Source: Planktothrix sp. GU0601_MAG3
GTDB taxonomy: Bacteria; Cyanobacteriota; Cyanobacteriia; Cyanobacteriales; Microcoleaceae
Direction of reading: 5' to 3'
NCBI GenBank assembly: GCA_035193785.1
Contig: CP136572.1
Span: 4,660,578 to 4,724,577, forward strand
Length of the DNA stretch: 64,000 bases
Under the pieces are notes generated by a model. It was not told the origin of the DNA, searched no databases, and was given only the letters and a program-made list of their open reading frames with translations. The position numbers were made by a program, and so were the translations under genes. Shown one piece after another: positions 35,014 to 46,092 of this stretch; position 1 is the first letter of the stretch; the number at the start of each line of letters is the position of its first letter.

Positions 35014-36724
35014 ATGTTCAAAAATCAATCCATGCAGGCTCGCTTGATTGTAGCTTTCATCTTTATGGGGCTTCTGGTGCTGATTGTTGCCTTGGTCGGC
35101 TTGAGTGGCAGTTCTCGGTTGAGTAAGCACATTAATACCTTAGCCAAGAATAATGTTCCTAGTATTTCTGGGCTGTGGAAAATTAACGAAGGAAAAACCC
35201 AGATTCAATCATCAGAACGGGGTTTACTGGACATCAATCTTACTAAAGCAGGGCGACAGGATGAAATCGGCCGTATGGATAACGCTTGGAAGCAAATTCA
35301 AGAGGGATTTCATCAATACGAAGCGGCTCCTAAGTCGAACGCGGAAGAAAAGAAAGTCTATCAAGAATTTTTGAATCAGTGGGATGTGTGGAAGAAAGCC
35401 CATGATCAGTTTTTGAGACTTAATCTGAGGTTCGAGAGTCAGGGAAGTGTCAATGTAGTGGACAATTTTACTGGCGGATTTCAGCCCGTAGACTCTGGAT
35501 TAAAAGCCCTTGAGAACCAAGTTGAGGCAAACCGTCAACCCTCTCAATCTGTCACCAGTCTGTTATTGGAGTTGTTGAAAATCAACGAGGACTTGGCATT
35601 CCAAACCGAAAAAATATCAGAACAAGATGTTTCTCAAGTCGGATTTTGGGCTTTTGTGGCGATTATTATTGGGCCGGGAACTGCTATTTTATTTGGAATT
35701 TTCTTTAGCAATACCATCGCTAAACCTCTGGGCGCGAAGATTGCCGGGGTCGTTGATATTGCTCACCGGATTTCATCGGGAGACTTAACCAGTGAAATTT
35801 CCCTAGCGGATCAGCAAGATGAGGTCGGGCAATTACAGAATGTCTTTTATACCATGAATAAAGACCTGAATGCCCTGGTGAATCGGATTCAACGCTCAGG
35901 AAATCAAATCACCAGTTTCCACCGACCTAATTACCGCTTCTGGCAAAAACCTCGAAGCAACCGTAGCCGAACAGGTGGCTTCAACTAATGAAGTCACAGC
36001 AACGGCCCATCAAATTGCCACGACATCTAAGCAATTGGTGAAAACCATGGAGCAGGTGGCCGCCATGGCAGAACAAACAACCATAGCCGCGGGTAACAGT
36101 AAAGACAATCTGCATCACATTGATTCCGTGATGCGCCAGTTGTTAGAAGGGACTAAGGTAATTTCTTCTAAGCTGGAAGTTATGCACCAACGGGCTAACA
36201 ATATCAGCCAGGTGGTAACAACAATTACGGTAGTAGCCGATCAAACTAACTTACTATCCTTGAACGCTGCCCTGGAAGCGGAGAGAGCCGGAGAATATGG
36301 GGCGGGGTTTGCGGTGGTGGCCAGGGAGATTCGGCGATTAGCTGACCGTACCGCCGTTGCCACCTTAGAAATTGAGCAGATGATTAAGGAGATGCAATTA
36401 GCCGTGTCTATTGGTGTCACCGAGATGGATAAGTTTACGAAATCCGTGGTTAATAGCGTCGAAGACGTAGACCGCATTAGCGACCAAGTAGCCGAAGTGA
36501 TTCAACAGGTACAGGGATTAACCCCCCGCTTTGAGCAGGTGAGTCAGAGCGTTGATGAACAATCCCAGGGAGCGCAGCAAATTAGCGAGGCGATGGAACA
36601 TCTGAGTCAAGCATCTCAGCAGACGGCCGACTCGTTACGAGAAACCAGTCACGCCCTAGAACAGCTTGACGAAGCTACCCATAGCTTAAAAACAGAGATT
36701 TCACGGTTTAAAGTGATAGTATAA
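35014..36724 (+). CDS. Methyl-accepting chemotaxis protein 2; apparent frameshift ~35916
   Basis: TM, four-helix-bundle-like sensor, [40 protein letters not shown]. Confidence 0.92.
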
Positions 36725-36740
36725 AAATAAGGTATAAATC

Positions 36741-37482
36741 ATGGAAAGTTATTTTAGTTCGGTATCTATCGTACCAAATGATGCGGCAACTCCCACTCTC
36801 AATGATTGTTGGAATAAAATTGGAGTCATGGGCGATCGCTCCTGTGGCGAACTCAAGACCGTGATCCATTGCCGAAATTGTAAGGTTTATTCGGCGGCGG
36901 GACGCAGTTTATTAGAGCGTGAGGCTCCACCCGAATATCTCCAAGAATGGACGGATATCCTATCAGAATCTTCCACCCAGCCAACTGAAGTAGGAGAAGG
37001 TACGTTAGTTCGGGCGACGGACACCCTTTCGGTGATTATTTTTCGTCTGGGTAAGGAGAGACTGGCATTGCCCGTGAACATCCTGCAAGAAGTCACTCCC
37101 CTCTACACCATTCATACCGTCCCCCACCGCAGAAACTCGGTGTTTTTGGGATTAATCAATATTCGCGGTGAAACCCTACTCTGTATTTCGATCAGAGACT
37201 TGCTGGGCCTAGAACCCGTCGCCGAATCCATAGATTTATCAAATCCGATCAATCCCCAACGGATGATTGTGGCGGGGAATAATGAGAACAAGTGGGTTTT
37301 TCCTGTGGATGAAGTTCATGGAAACCTATCGCTTCCATCTTAATGAGTTCAAAGATGCTCCCGTAGTTATTTCCAAGGCATCGGAAGCTTACACCAAAGG
37401 AGTCGTTACCTGGCAAGGCAAAAAGATCAACTTTCTGGACTCCGAATTATTGTTCTATACCCTGAGTCATAAGGTTTTTTGA
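36741..37482 (+). CDS. cheW: CheW-family protein with Cys-rich N-terminus (WspD-like); apparent frameshift ~37322
   Basis: DCWNKIGVMGDRSC.EL...IHCRNC.VYS motif typical of WspD, followed by a CheW domain. Confidence 0.9.
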
Positions 37483-37485
37483 TTG

Positions 37486-37780
37486 AGGGGAGTAGGGGGG
37501 CAGGGGAGGCAGGGGAGGCAGGGGGAGCAGGGGAGGTAGGGAAGGTAGGGGAGGGAGGAGGAAAATTATTTGTTCCCTATTGCAAGAGTGCCTATTGCAA
37601 TAGTGCTTATTAATCACTAATGGTCTCGACTATAGCAGTCGCGCCTTGGGTGTTAGGACATAGACTGATGCTCAAACCTAAACCGTACACCCCTCTTTTC
37701 CTGCCCCCCCTGCTCCCCTGCTCCCCCTGCTCCCCCTGCTCCCCCTGCTCCCCCTGCTCCCCCTGCTCCCTATTCCCCAT
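37486..37780. repeat. Intergenic repeat cluster: G-rich array, CCTATTGCAA(G/T)AGTG tandem, C-rich array
   Basis: Directly visible; oppositely oriented arrays at ~37486-37560 and ~37700-37780. Confidence 0.85.
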
Positions 37781-37797
37781 TCCCTCTGGAGTTCTGT

Positions 37798-40045
37798 ATG
37801 AGTGACGATTCGATGATAGAGCTATTTCGCCAAGAAGCTCAGACGCAAGTTGCGATCTTGACTCAGGGACTCCTGATCTTGGAAACCAATTCCCAGTCGG
37901 AGGAAATCCTGCAAGCCCTAATGCGAGTTGCCCATTCTATTAAAGGTGCGGCTCGGATTATTTCTCTGGATGCGGTGATTAACTTAGCCCACTGTATGGA
38001 AGATTGTTTTGTCGCAGCACAGAACAAAATTATTAGCTTGGGCCCAGAACAAATTGATGTCTTATTGCAAGCCGTTGACTTATTTCAGGCCATCAGTCAG
38101 GTTCCTGAAGCCGATATGCTTTCTTGGCTGGCTGAGAAGATCGGAGAGTTTGAGGCCTGCTGTGAGGCGATTAGAGCCATGTTGCCCCCCGATTTTAACG
38201 CTCGGACTTCATCCTTAGTCAACGCGGATCAGAACTTAGAGATTACCCCAACTCCCCGGCAGGAGAATGGTGCTTTAGAGGCAATTACCATCCCCAATGA
38301 TCGGGTTGTGCGGGTGAGCGCGGAGAATTTGAATCGAATTATGGGACTGGCGGGTGAATCTCTGGTGGAAGCCAATTGGCTGCAACCCTTTGCCGATTCC
38401 TTCACGGCCCTCAGATACCGCCAATTAGAGCTTTCCCGACTGCTGGAAACCCTCCATACCGCCTTAGCGAATACGGCGATTAGTTCCGAAAGCCAACAGG
38501 TTGTGGATACGGCCCGACAGAAGGCCCAAGAATGTCGGGAAATTCTCACGGATCGATTGGGTGAACTGGAACTTTATGCCCGTCGCACCACTAACTTGAG
38601 CGATCGCCTTTACCGAGAAGTCATCGCCTCCCATATGCGTCCCTTTGTGGATGGGGTACAGGGACTTCCGCGCATGGTGCGTGACCTCTCCCGACGATTA
38701 GATAAACAGGTGAAATTCCAGATTGTCGGTCAGTCTACCCTAGTTGATCGAGATATTCTCAAAAAACTAGAGGCCCCCCTGACTCACATGATCCGCAATG
38801 CCGTTGATCACGGGATTGAATCCCCAGAGGAGCGTGAGGCATTAGGGAAGCCCGTTGAGGGAACAATTCGCCTAGAAGCGTTTCATCGCGGGGGAATGCT
38901 GGCGATTAGTGTTTCTGATGATGGTAAGGGCATCGATCCTAATTTTATTCGTCAACATATTGTTGATCGCAATTTAACTTCATCGGAAACGGCGGCCCAA
39001 CTTACGGAAGCTGAAATCATTGAATTTCTGTTTCTCTCGGGATTTTCGACCACTGACCAGGTGACGGAAATTTCCGGGCGCGGGGTGGGATTAGATATTG
39101 CTAAGAGCATGGTGCAAGAGGTGGGTGGCACTATCCGTGCTGTATCCCAATTGGGAAATGGAACCAGTTTCCACTTTCAGCTTCCCCTGACCCTATCGGT
39201 GGTGAGGACGCTAATTGTCACTATTTCCGATGAACCCTATGCCTTTCCTTTGGCCCGGGTGGATCGAATTGTTAAACTCGATAAGTCGGATATTTATATT
39301 GTCGAAGGTCGCCAATATTTTACTAAGGATGGTCAAAATATTGGGTTAATCGCCGCCCACGATATTTTAGATTTGCCCGAAACTCTCCCTGATTCCGATG
39401 CGCTTTGTGTGGTTGTAATTAGCGACCAATCTAACGCTTATGGTCTTTTTGTAGATGAGTTTCTCGGTGAGCGAGATTTGGTCGTGCGTCCCCTAGACCC
39501 CCGTTTGGGTAAGGTTTCGGGATATTAGTGCTTCTGCTTTGATGGATGATGGCTCCCCGGTTTTAATTTTAGATGTTTCTGATTTAGTCCGAACCATTGA
39601 CAATATGCTCAATAGTGGTCAATTAAGACCTGTTGATGTTAATAAAGCCAAAGCTAAGGCTAAAAAGGGCGACGACCATAAACGTATTTTAGTTGTGGAT
39701 GATTCGATTACGGTGCGAGAAATGACCCGGAAACTGTTACAAAATCGGGGCTATAATGTTGATGTTGCCGTGAATGGAATGGATGCTTGGACGGCTATTC
39801 GCAGCAATCATTATGATTTGATTGTCAGCGATATTGATATGCCTCGGATGAATGGGATTGAATTGGTGAAGCAAATCAAAGAACATCCTAAATTTCAGGT
39901 GATTCCTGTGATTATTGTTTCCTATCGCGATCGCGAAGATGACCGCATTCAAGGCATGGAAGCCGGGGCAAATTATTACCTAACCAAAAGCAGCTTTCAC
40001 GATGATACATTAATCAATGCAGTCATCGATCTGATTGGAAAATAA
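37798..40045 (+). CDS. cheA: CheA-CheY hybrid kinase (WspE-like); apparent frameshift ~39514
   Basis: Hpt LMRVAHSIKGAA, HMIRNAVDHGIE, ISGRGVGLD, CheW-like domain, receiver ILVVDDS...DIDMPRMNG. Confidence 0.93.
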
Positions 40046-40069
40046 AAGGCTAAATCCCCCATTCATAAT

Positions 40070-40160
40070 TATTCGTAATTCCCCATTACCCATTCCCCAT
40101 TACCCATTACCCATTACCCATTACCCATTACCCATTACCCATTCCCTATTCCCTGTTCCC
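40070..40160. repeat. Heptamer tandem repeat (CCCATTA)n
   Basis: Directly visible. Confidence 0.9.
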
Positions 40161-40168
40161 TTAAAAGT

Positions 40169-41203
40169 ATGAGAATCGCGATCGTCAACGATACAGCTAT
40201 GGCTATAGAAGCTCTTAAAAGAGTGCTTTTAACTGTTCCTAATTATCAAGTGATCTGGATTGCCCGCGATGGTAAAGAAGCCGTTGATCGTTGTGCAAAA
40301 GATACTCCTGACTTGATTTTAATGGATTTGTTTATGCCTATTATGGACGGTGTGGAAGCGACCCGCCAGATTATGCGGCAGAGTCCCTGCATGATCCTGA
40401 TCGTGACAGCCAGCGTGGGAAACCATGCCGGAAAAGTGTTTGAGGCGATGGGACATGGGGCACGCGATGCGGTGGATACTCCGATCTTGGGAACTCAGGA
40501 AAGCTCAAATTCTCACCAACCCTTACTTGCCAAAATAGTTACCCTCAGCAAGCTGATTGGCAAATCCTCGACCCCCTCCACGCCTCCACTCCCAACCTCA
40601 AAACTGACTTCCTTCTCCAAACCCTCTACCCCCCTTCCTCGCCTGGTGACTATCGGCTCCTCGACGGGGGGGCCAAAAGCCCTGGCGACGATTCTTTCCC
40701 GACTTCCTGCCAATTTTGGGGCGGCAATTGCCATTGTGCAGCACGTCGATATGCAGTTTTCTGCGGGTCTGGTGGATTGGCTGAATCAACAAACCCCTCT
40801 GACGGTGCGATTGGCCAATATTGGCGATCGCTTAGAAAGGGGTATTGTTCATATTGCCGGGACTAACGATCATCTTAGTATCCGCTCAGATCTCACATTG
40901 TACTACACAAAAGAACCTGTTAACTATCCCTATCGACCCTCGGTTGATGTTTTTTTTAAGAGCCTAGCCCAACACTGGCATCATAAAGAAATTGCTGTAT
41001 TACTGACGGGGATGGGACAGGACGGGGCTGATGGACTCAAGGTTTTGCGTGAGACTGGATGGCACACGATCGCTCAGGATGAAAAAAGTTCGATTGTCTA
41101 TGGTATGCCTAAAGCGGCAGTTCAGTTAAATGCCGCCGTTGAAGTTCTGGCTCCTGAAGCGATCGCTAATACTTTAATTCAGCGAATTAATCATGGTAGT
41201 TAG
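40169..41203 (+). CDS. cheB: CheB protein-glutamate methylesterase (WspF-like)
   Basis: Receiver plus [28 protein letters not shown]. Confidence 0.95.
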   Translation: MRIAIVNDTAMAIEALKRVLLTVPNYQVIWIARDGKEAVDRCAKDTPDLILMDLFMPIMDGVEATRQIMRQSPCMILIVTASVGNHAGKVFEAMGHGARDAVDTPILGTQESSNSHQPLLAKIVTLSKLIGKSSTPSTPPLPTSKLTSFSKPSTPLPRLVTIGSSTGGPKALATILSRLPANFGAAIAIVQHVDMQFSAGLVDWLNQQTPLTVRLANIGDRLERGIVHIAGTNDHLSIRSDLTLYYTKEPVNYPYRPSVDVFFKSLAQHWHHKEIAVLLTGMGQDGADGLKVLRETGWHTIAQDEKSSIVYGMPKAAVQLNAAVEVLAPEAIANTLIQRINHGS

Positions 41204-41435
41204 TTAGGCTAAAGTTTATCCTATAATATTTCTCTGGCTAACCTTTTTTCTGTTCTACAATTTTTCAATAATATTCGGTATTTCTACTTAATTTAACCCT
41301 GCCAATTGGGCTAATTCAAAAGTTGGGATTTGGTCAAATAAAATTAACAATTAGTAAAGATTGAAAGGCGGATTACATGGTATTCTATACAGATAGATTT
41401 AATTCTGATATTACCTAACAATACTCCTCTCTATT

Positions 41436-41780
41436 ATGAACAAGAAAAAATTAATTGATGCTGTGGAGAAGCTGTCAAAGGAAGCCCATCGCAGTGAAGA
41501 AGAACAGTTTTTTATTAGAATGCTAAAACAGGTTTGGGAAATTGACTGGTCTGTTCCTCCATCCGATGTCTGGCGTAATTTGATCGCACGGAATCAAGAC
41601 TATTTCTTTGGTTTTATGGAACTCGATGATGGAGATGAAAGAGAAGAAAACTGGTTACTCGGTTCTTTAGAGGCGATCGTTGAGTCATTGATTCAGAAAA
41701 ATGAAGATAGTAAATGGAAAACTAAAATTGTAGAGACCATTGATGAGTTGAATCAATTACGTTTAAAGATTCAAAAGTAA
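41436..41780 (+). CDS. Hypothetical small acidic helical protein
   Basis: 114-aa ORF with protein-like composition; no recognisable motif. Confidence 0.65.
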   Translation: MNKKKLIDAVEKLSKEAHRSEEEQFFIRMLKQVWEIDWSVPPSDVWRNLIARNQDYFFGFMELDDGDEREENWLLGSLEAIVESLIQKNEDSKWKTKIVETIDELNQLRLKIQK

Positions 41781-42056
41781 ATATTGGCGGTGTTTAGCCA
41801 AGATCTCGGCTATTTGTCCAAAGGGAAAATTAGGCGATAGCTTGGCGATCGCAGATAGTCTCATGGGTGACTTAAATAGACAAATTACAGAAATATGAAT
41901 AGATTTTTAAAAAGTTTAGAGAATTTTGTAGAAACGATGTCTTTGGGCACTGAGATTTATCACACTGGTTCCAGTTATCTTTTCTGGGATTTAAAGATTG
42001 TTTCATGCCCAGGGATAATTCCTATTAAAATCGATACCCAAAAACTCAGGAAAATT

Positions 42057-43415
42057 ATGACTTTAGATTGGCGACTCAAACCCGGATATTTAAACGCAGG
42101 TGGCTCGGATTTTGAATCTGTACACATTTTGCTGGGATATTTTATCGCCAATCGTCATTCCCCAACCCCCTTACCAAATAAGTCTCTGCTTACGGAAAAT
42201 GAAGCCTTTGAGTGGGGAAAAGGTAAACCTTTAGAAAAGGTGATTAACTGTCAGTCGGATTTTGAATTTCTGATGCAGCATCCTCGGCTTTTTCGGAATG
42301 CGATCGCCATTATTGAACCTTGGGAACACGTTGGGTATAATCCATTAGGGGAACACGTTAGAGCTTCTCTAAATGTTGCCTATATTGCCCAAACAATTGC
42401 GGACTGTGACTCAATTTTGTTTCCTTTGTGGTCGTCAGGATTACTCGATCCTGAAACAATTATTCCGGTGATTTCTTCAGGATTAGCGGTGGTTGTGGAA
42501 GGAGGAGATCCATCGGTACGGGATGCTTCTACCTTTGCAGGTGGCAAATCTTCCCTCGCAGATTTACATATATTTGTGGAAAAGTTGCTGTTATCTCGAT
42601 CTCCAACCAGTGCCCCTGCAATTTTTATTTGTTTGGGACATCAATTAGCCGCCCAAGGACATATTAATCTGATTCAAAAGGCAGTGCAACAGGTACTTAA
42701 TTTAAGCCAATTAGAGAACGATTCATCAGGAAAAACCCTCAAAGCCTTGCAAAATGTTTGTCAAGAAATTGAAAAGATTGGGAATTGTCTTTCTGTTAAG
42801 AAAAAGAATGGTAATATCGTAGCTCGAAGTTGGCATGATCCTGAATTTGCTGTGGGGCCAAATGAATTTAAAGAAGTTGGCGATCGCCAGTTACATCATT
42901 ACGAATCTCCCGATAGCGAAAGTTCAGGAATTCCCCAAGAATTAATTACCGCCCATGAAGTAACCGCCGATGAATTTGAAGGAGTAATTGATACTTCCAT
43001 CGAATATGAACACGAATTAAATATTGCCATGTTTCACTCAGATGAAGTGAATGAAGAAGCAATTTTATTTGCAAATTGGGCCTATAGATTACTCCATGAT
43101 ACGATTATTTCCCATCGTCATATTCTCGCAGGAAGTCCCCTATCTTGGCTGATGCAAATGCCTTATGCGATAGAAATTCTCTGTTCAACAGCCCATGAAG
43201 ATGAAATTCTCACCGAATGTTCTGCTACCTGTATCAACTATAAAGATTTTGAAAGTCAGTTGATTCGGCGCTCATTTACTTGTCAATTTCACCCGGAATT
43301 ATTATCGGATTTAAGGTCTGTTGGTTTTCGTAAACATCCCGAATATTCTGAACTAAAAAAAGATGATGGAGCGAGGTTATTTGCTCGATTGCTCTATGCT
43401 GGAATGCAAGAGTAG
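42057..43415 (+). CDS. Class I glutamine amidotransferase-like protein
   Basis: Nucleophile elbow IFICLGHQ, MFHSDEV and CQFHPE give an intact Cys-His-Glu triad. Start taken as ATG 42057 (RBS-like AGGA upstream); the ORF is open from 41895. Confidence 0.8.
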   Translation: MTLDWRLKPGYLNAGGSDFESVHILLGYFIANRHSPTPLPNKSLLTENEAFEWGKGKPLEKVINCQSDFEFLMQHPRLFRNAIAIIEPWEHVGYNPLGEHVRASLNVAYIAQTIADCDSILFPLWSSGLLDPETIIPVISSGLAVVVEGGDPSVRDASTFAGGKSSLADLHIFVEKLLLSRSPTSAPAIFICLGHQLAAQGHINLIQKAVQQVLNLSQLENDSSGKTLKALQNVCQEIEKIGNCLSVKKKNGNIVARSWHDPEFAVGPNEFKEVGDRQLHHYESPDSESSGIPQELITAHEVTADEFEGVIDTSIEYEHELNIAMFHSDEVNEEAILFANWAYRLLHDTIISHRHILAGSPLSWLMQMPYAIEILCSTAHEDEILTECSATCINYKDFESQLIRRSFTCQFHPELLSDLRSVGFRKHPEYSELKKDDGARLFARLLYAGMQE

Positions 43416-43497
43416 GGACGGATTTAGATCCGGTAAAACTTAAAATTTCCCGCCCACTAACTGAGGTAGGCAGGAAAATATTGTTAGTCTCTAATTG

Positions 43498-43993
43498 TTA
43501 CCGACCAGCATCTTCTGATGTGATCAAGACTCGCTGACCGAACTCTCCAATCTTAACAGACATACCATCGGAAACCACGGAACTCATAACGATCAACAAC
43601 ACCACTGGTTTCAGATTTATTGACTGAAGCAATTTGAAATGTAGGGACATATTTCTTCAGTGCTATCATTACCGCAGGAGGAACTTCACTTTCAGAAATA
43701 TCACGTTCTACTTCTTCAATACCACCATTAGTATAAACATCGACCTCAACTTTCTTCCCGTTTAGAGTGCCTTCAATTTCAATTACGGGTAAGCCATTAT
43801 CTCCCAAATCCCAGTTAGCACTTGTCCATTTGGCATCAGGAAGTACCCGTTTCGCAGAAAGCAAAACTTGAGGAGGAACATCTTTGATCTGAATATCAAC
43901 ATTTTGTGCTGAGGCGGAAAATGTCCCAGTTGTCAATAGTAAGAAACCCGCTAAAATCATTGTCGAACAAAAACCTTTGAATATTTTAAACAT
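43498..43993 (-). CDS. Exported protein with two PepSY-like repeats; apparent frameshift ~43572
   Basis: Signal peptide ending ASAQ; repeats DVPPQVL...IEIEG and EVPPAVM...YEFRG. Confidence 0.6.
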
Positions 43994-44065
43994 GAATTGC
44001 AGTCCGTAAAAAATCAGGAACTTAGACAATCTACCATGGTTGTATGGGATTTTTTTTAAAATGTA

Positions 44066-44082
44066 TATGCTTAAAAAGCATA
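44066..44082. promoter_or_regulatory. LysR-type recognition palindrome
   Basis: TATGCTT-AAA-AAGCATA, a perfect 7-bp inverted repeat containing T-N11-A, between the LysR gene and its divergent neighbour. Confidence 0.7.
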
Positions 44083-44125
44083 GAGCTATAACTATAAAAC
44101 ATACGGATTTTTTTTGGGGGTGTTT

Positions 44126-45014
44126 ATGGAATTACGTCATCTTAAATATTTTGTTGCTGTGGCTGAAGATCTTAACTTCAGTCGTGCTGCTGTAAAGTTA
44201 TATATCTCACAACCGGCGTTAAGTCGCCAAATCAAAGATCTTGAAAATGAACTGAGCGTTATGCTATTTTTAAGACAATCGGATGGATTAAAACTCACAG
44301 AAGCCGGGAAATTTTTTCTCGAACAAGCTCAAGATATTTTGAATCGTAGTTATATTTCTGTGCAAACCATCAAGGCTAATTACACCAATCAAGATCAACC
44401 TTTAGTGATTGGCTATATTCCTACTATCCTCCAGAGTTTTCTAGGTCAAACCCTAAAGAGTTTTGGACTTGCCTATCCTCAAGTTATTGTAAATTTCCGG
44501 GAGATGTCGCCGAGTGAGCAGGTTAAAGCGTTGCGAGATGGTGAGATTGATATTGCATTTATGGGTAATCCACCCGATAATTTAGAAGCAGAATTTATGA
44601 TCAAATGTATTAAGAAAGTGCCTATTGTTGCTCTACTACCCAATCAACATCCCCTGGCGAATCAACCCTCAATTAATCTGGCTGAAACTTGCATCGGAAA
44701 AATTTATCGGGATGTCTGAAGAAACGTTTCCAGGGCGAAATGATCGTATCCATGATGTTTGCCGTTGCGCTGGCTTTACCCCCAATCTACATCTATTTGC
44801 CGATAGTCATGCCTCAATGATTGCTTTGGTTACCACGGGGCAAGGGGTAGCAATTATGCCCAGCGAGGCAGAAGCACTACCCCATCCCCAAACGGTGTTT
44901 GTCAAGCTACACCATCCCCTATACTACGCCCGATCCACTGCCGTTTGGAGGAAAGAAACACCCGCTAAATCTTTAGAGAACTTTCTAACAATTCTGTTGA
45001 AATATGTTCAATAG
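44126..45014 (+). CDS. LysR-family regulator; apparent frameshift ~44683
   Basis: MELRHLKYFVAVAEDLNFSRAA..LYISQPALSRQIKDLE. Confidence 0.93.
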
Positions 45015-45062
45015 TTTTCTATAATTGTGCTCTACTTAGCTCCTGAATAGCAATCAAACTTT

Positions 45063-46001
45063 ATGATAAAATTAATCAAAAACTCAACTTGGCTAGATTT
45101 AGCAATTGATTTAAGAAACTCGGTTATTTTGGCTATTTGGCGGCGAGTGATAGCGACAATGAGCTTTGCTTTACTGATTACCATTGCCTATCACCAAGGA
45201 TATGCGGTAAATCAACCGATTCTCTCTACTTTAATTCCTGGAATTGTCCTGGGACTATTATTAGTTTTTAGAACAAATACAGCTTATGACAGATTTTGGG
45301 AAGGTTGTAAACTTTGGTATGACTTGATTAATGCTGGTCGAATTTTGTGCCGAAATATTTGGACAATTGTTCCTGAAAATAGCAGTGAAAGCCGAGCAAA
45401 AAAAAATACCCATATCAGATTAGTGGGTATATTAATAATAGCAATTAAATTACATTTAAGAAACGAAAATATTGAGGGTGATATAGCAGCATCAATGACT
45501 CCAGAAGATTATTTAGAACTGCAACGAGTTGATAATATTCCCCTGAGAATTATTAATTGGTTTGCCGAATATTTTCGCCAGCTTTATTATGAAGACCAGG
45601 TAATTCCCTATAGGTTTTTTATTGAATTAAATCGTTCTTTAGACCAAATAATGATGCTACTTAGTGGTTGCGAACGAATTTTAAATACTCCCCTTCCTCG
45701 ACCCTATTCAATTCATCTCAAACATTTATTACTGCTATATTGTTTTGCCTTACCTTTTCAACTTGTAAAAGAACTAGATTGGTTTACTATTCCAGTTGTG
45801 GGAATTATTAGTTTTGCTTTATTAGGAATAGAAGATATTGGTGTGGAAATTGAAAATCCTTTCGGTTATGATCGCAATGACCTACCTTTAGATAGATTTT
45901 GCCAACAACTACAAATTGAAATTGAAACAGAATGGGTTAATTTGGATATTTCTACACCTAAAAATCGTGAGATTATAGAATCAAATAGTCAACGAATTTA
46001 A
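45063..46001 (+). CDS. Bestrophin-family channel
   Basis: LLLVFRTNTAYDRFWEG, CERILNTPLP, IENPFGYDRNDLPLD. Confidence 0.92.
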   Translation: MIKLIKNSTWLDLAIDLRNSVILAIWRRVIATMSFALLITIAYHQGYAVNQPILSTLIPGIVLGLLLVFRTNTAYDRFWEGCKLWYDLINAGRILCRNIWTIVPENSSESRAKKNTHIRLVGILIIAIKLHLRNENIEGDIAASMTPEDYLELQRVDNIPLRIINWFAEYFRQLYYEDQVIPYRFFIELNRSLDQIMMLLSGCERILNTPLPRPYSIHLKHLLLLYCFALPFQLVKELDWFTIPVVGIISFALLGIEDIGVEIENPFGYDRNDLPLDRFCQQLQIEIETEWVNLDISTPKNREIIESNSQRI

Positions 46002-46092
46002 AGCAATGACCTAACTGAAACCCAGGTTATTATTTATTTCTCCAGGGTTTAGCGGAGATGAATCATCAAATCTAATCAGGATAATCCTAATC

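Noticed and set aside
37631..37642. TATAGCAGTCGC shared with 63810..63821 as possible MITE ends
   Set aside because: Only 12 bp with no matching opposite ends identified.
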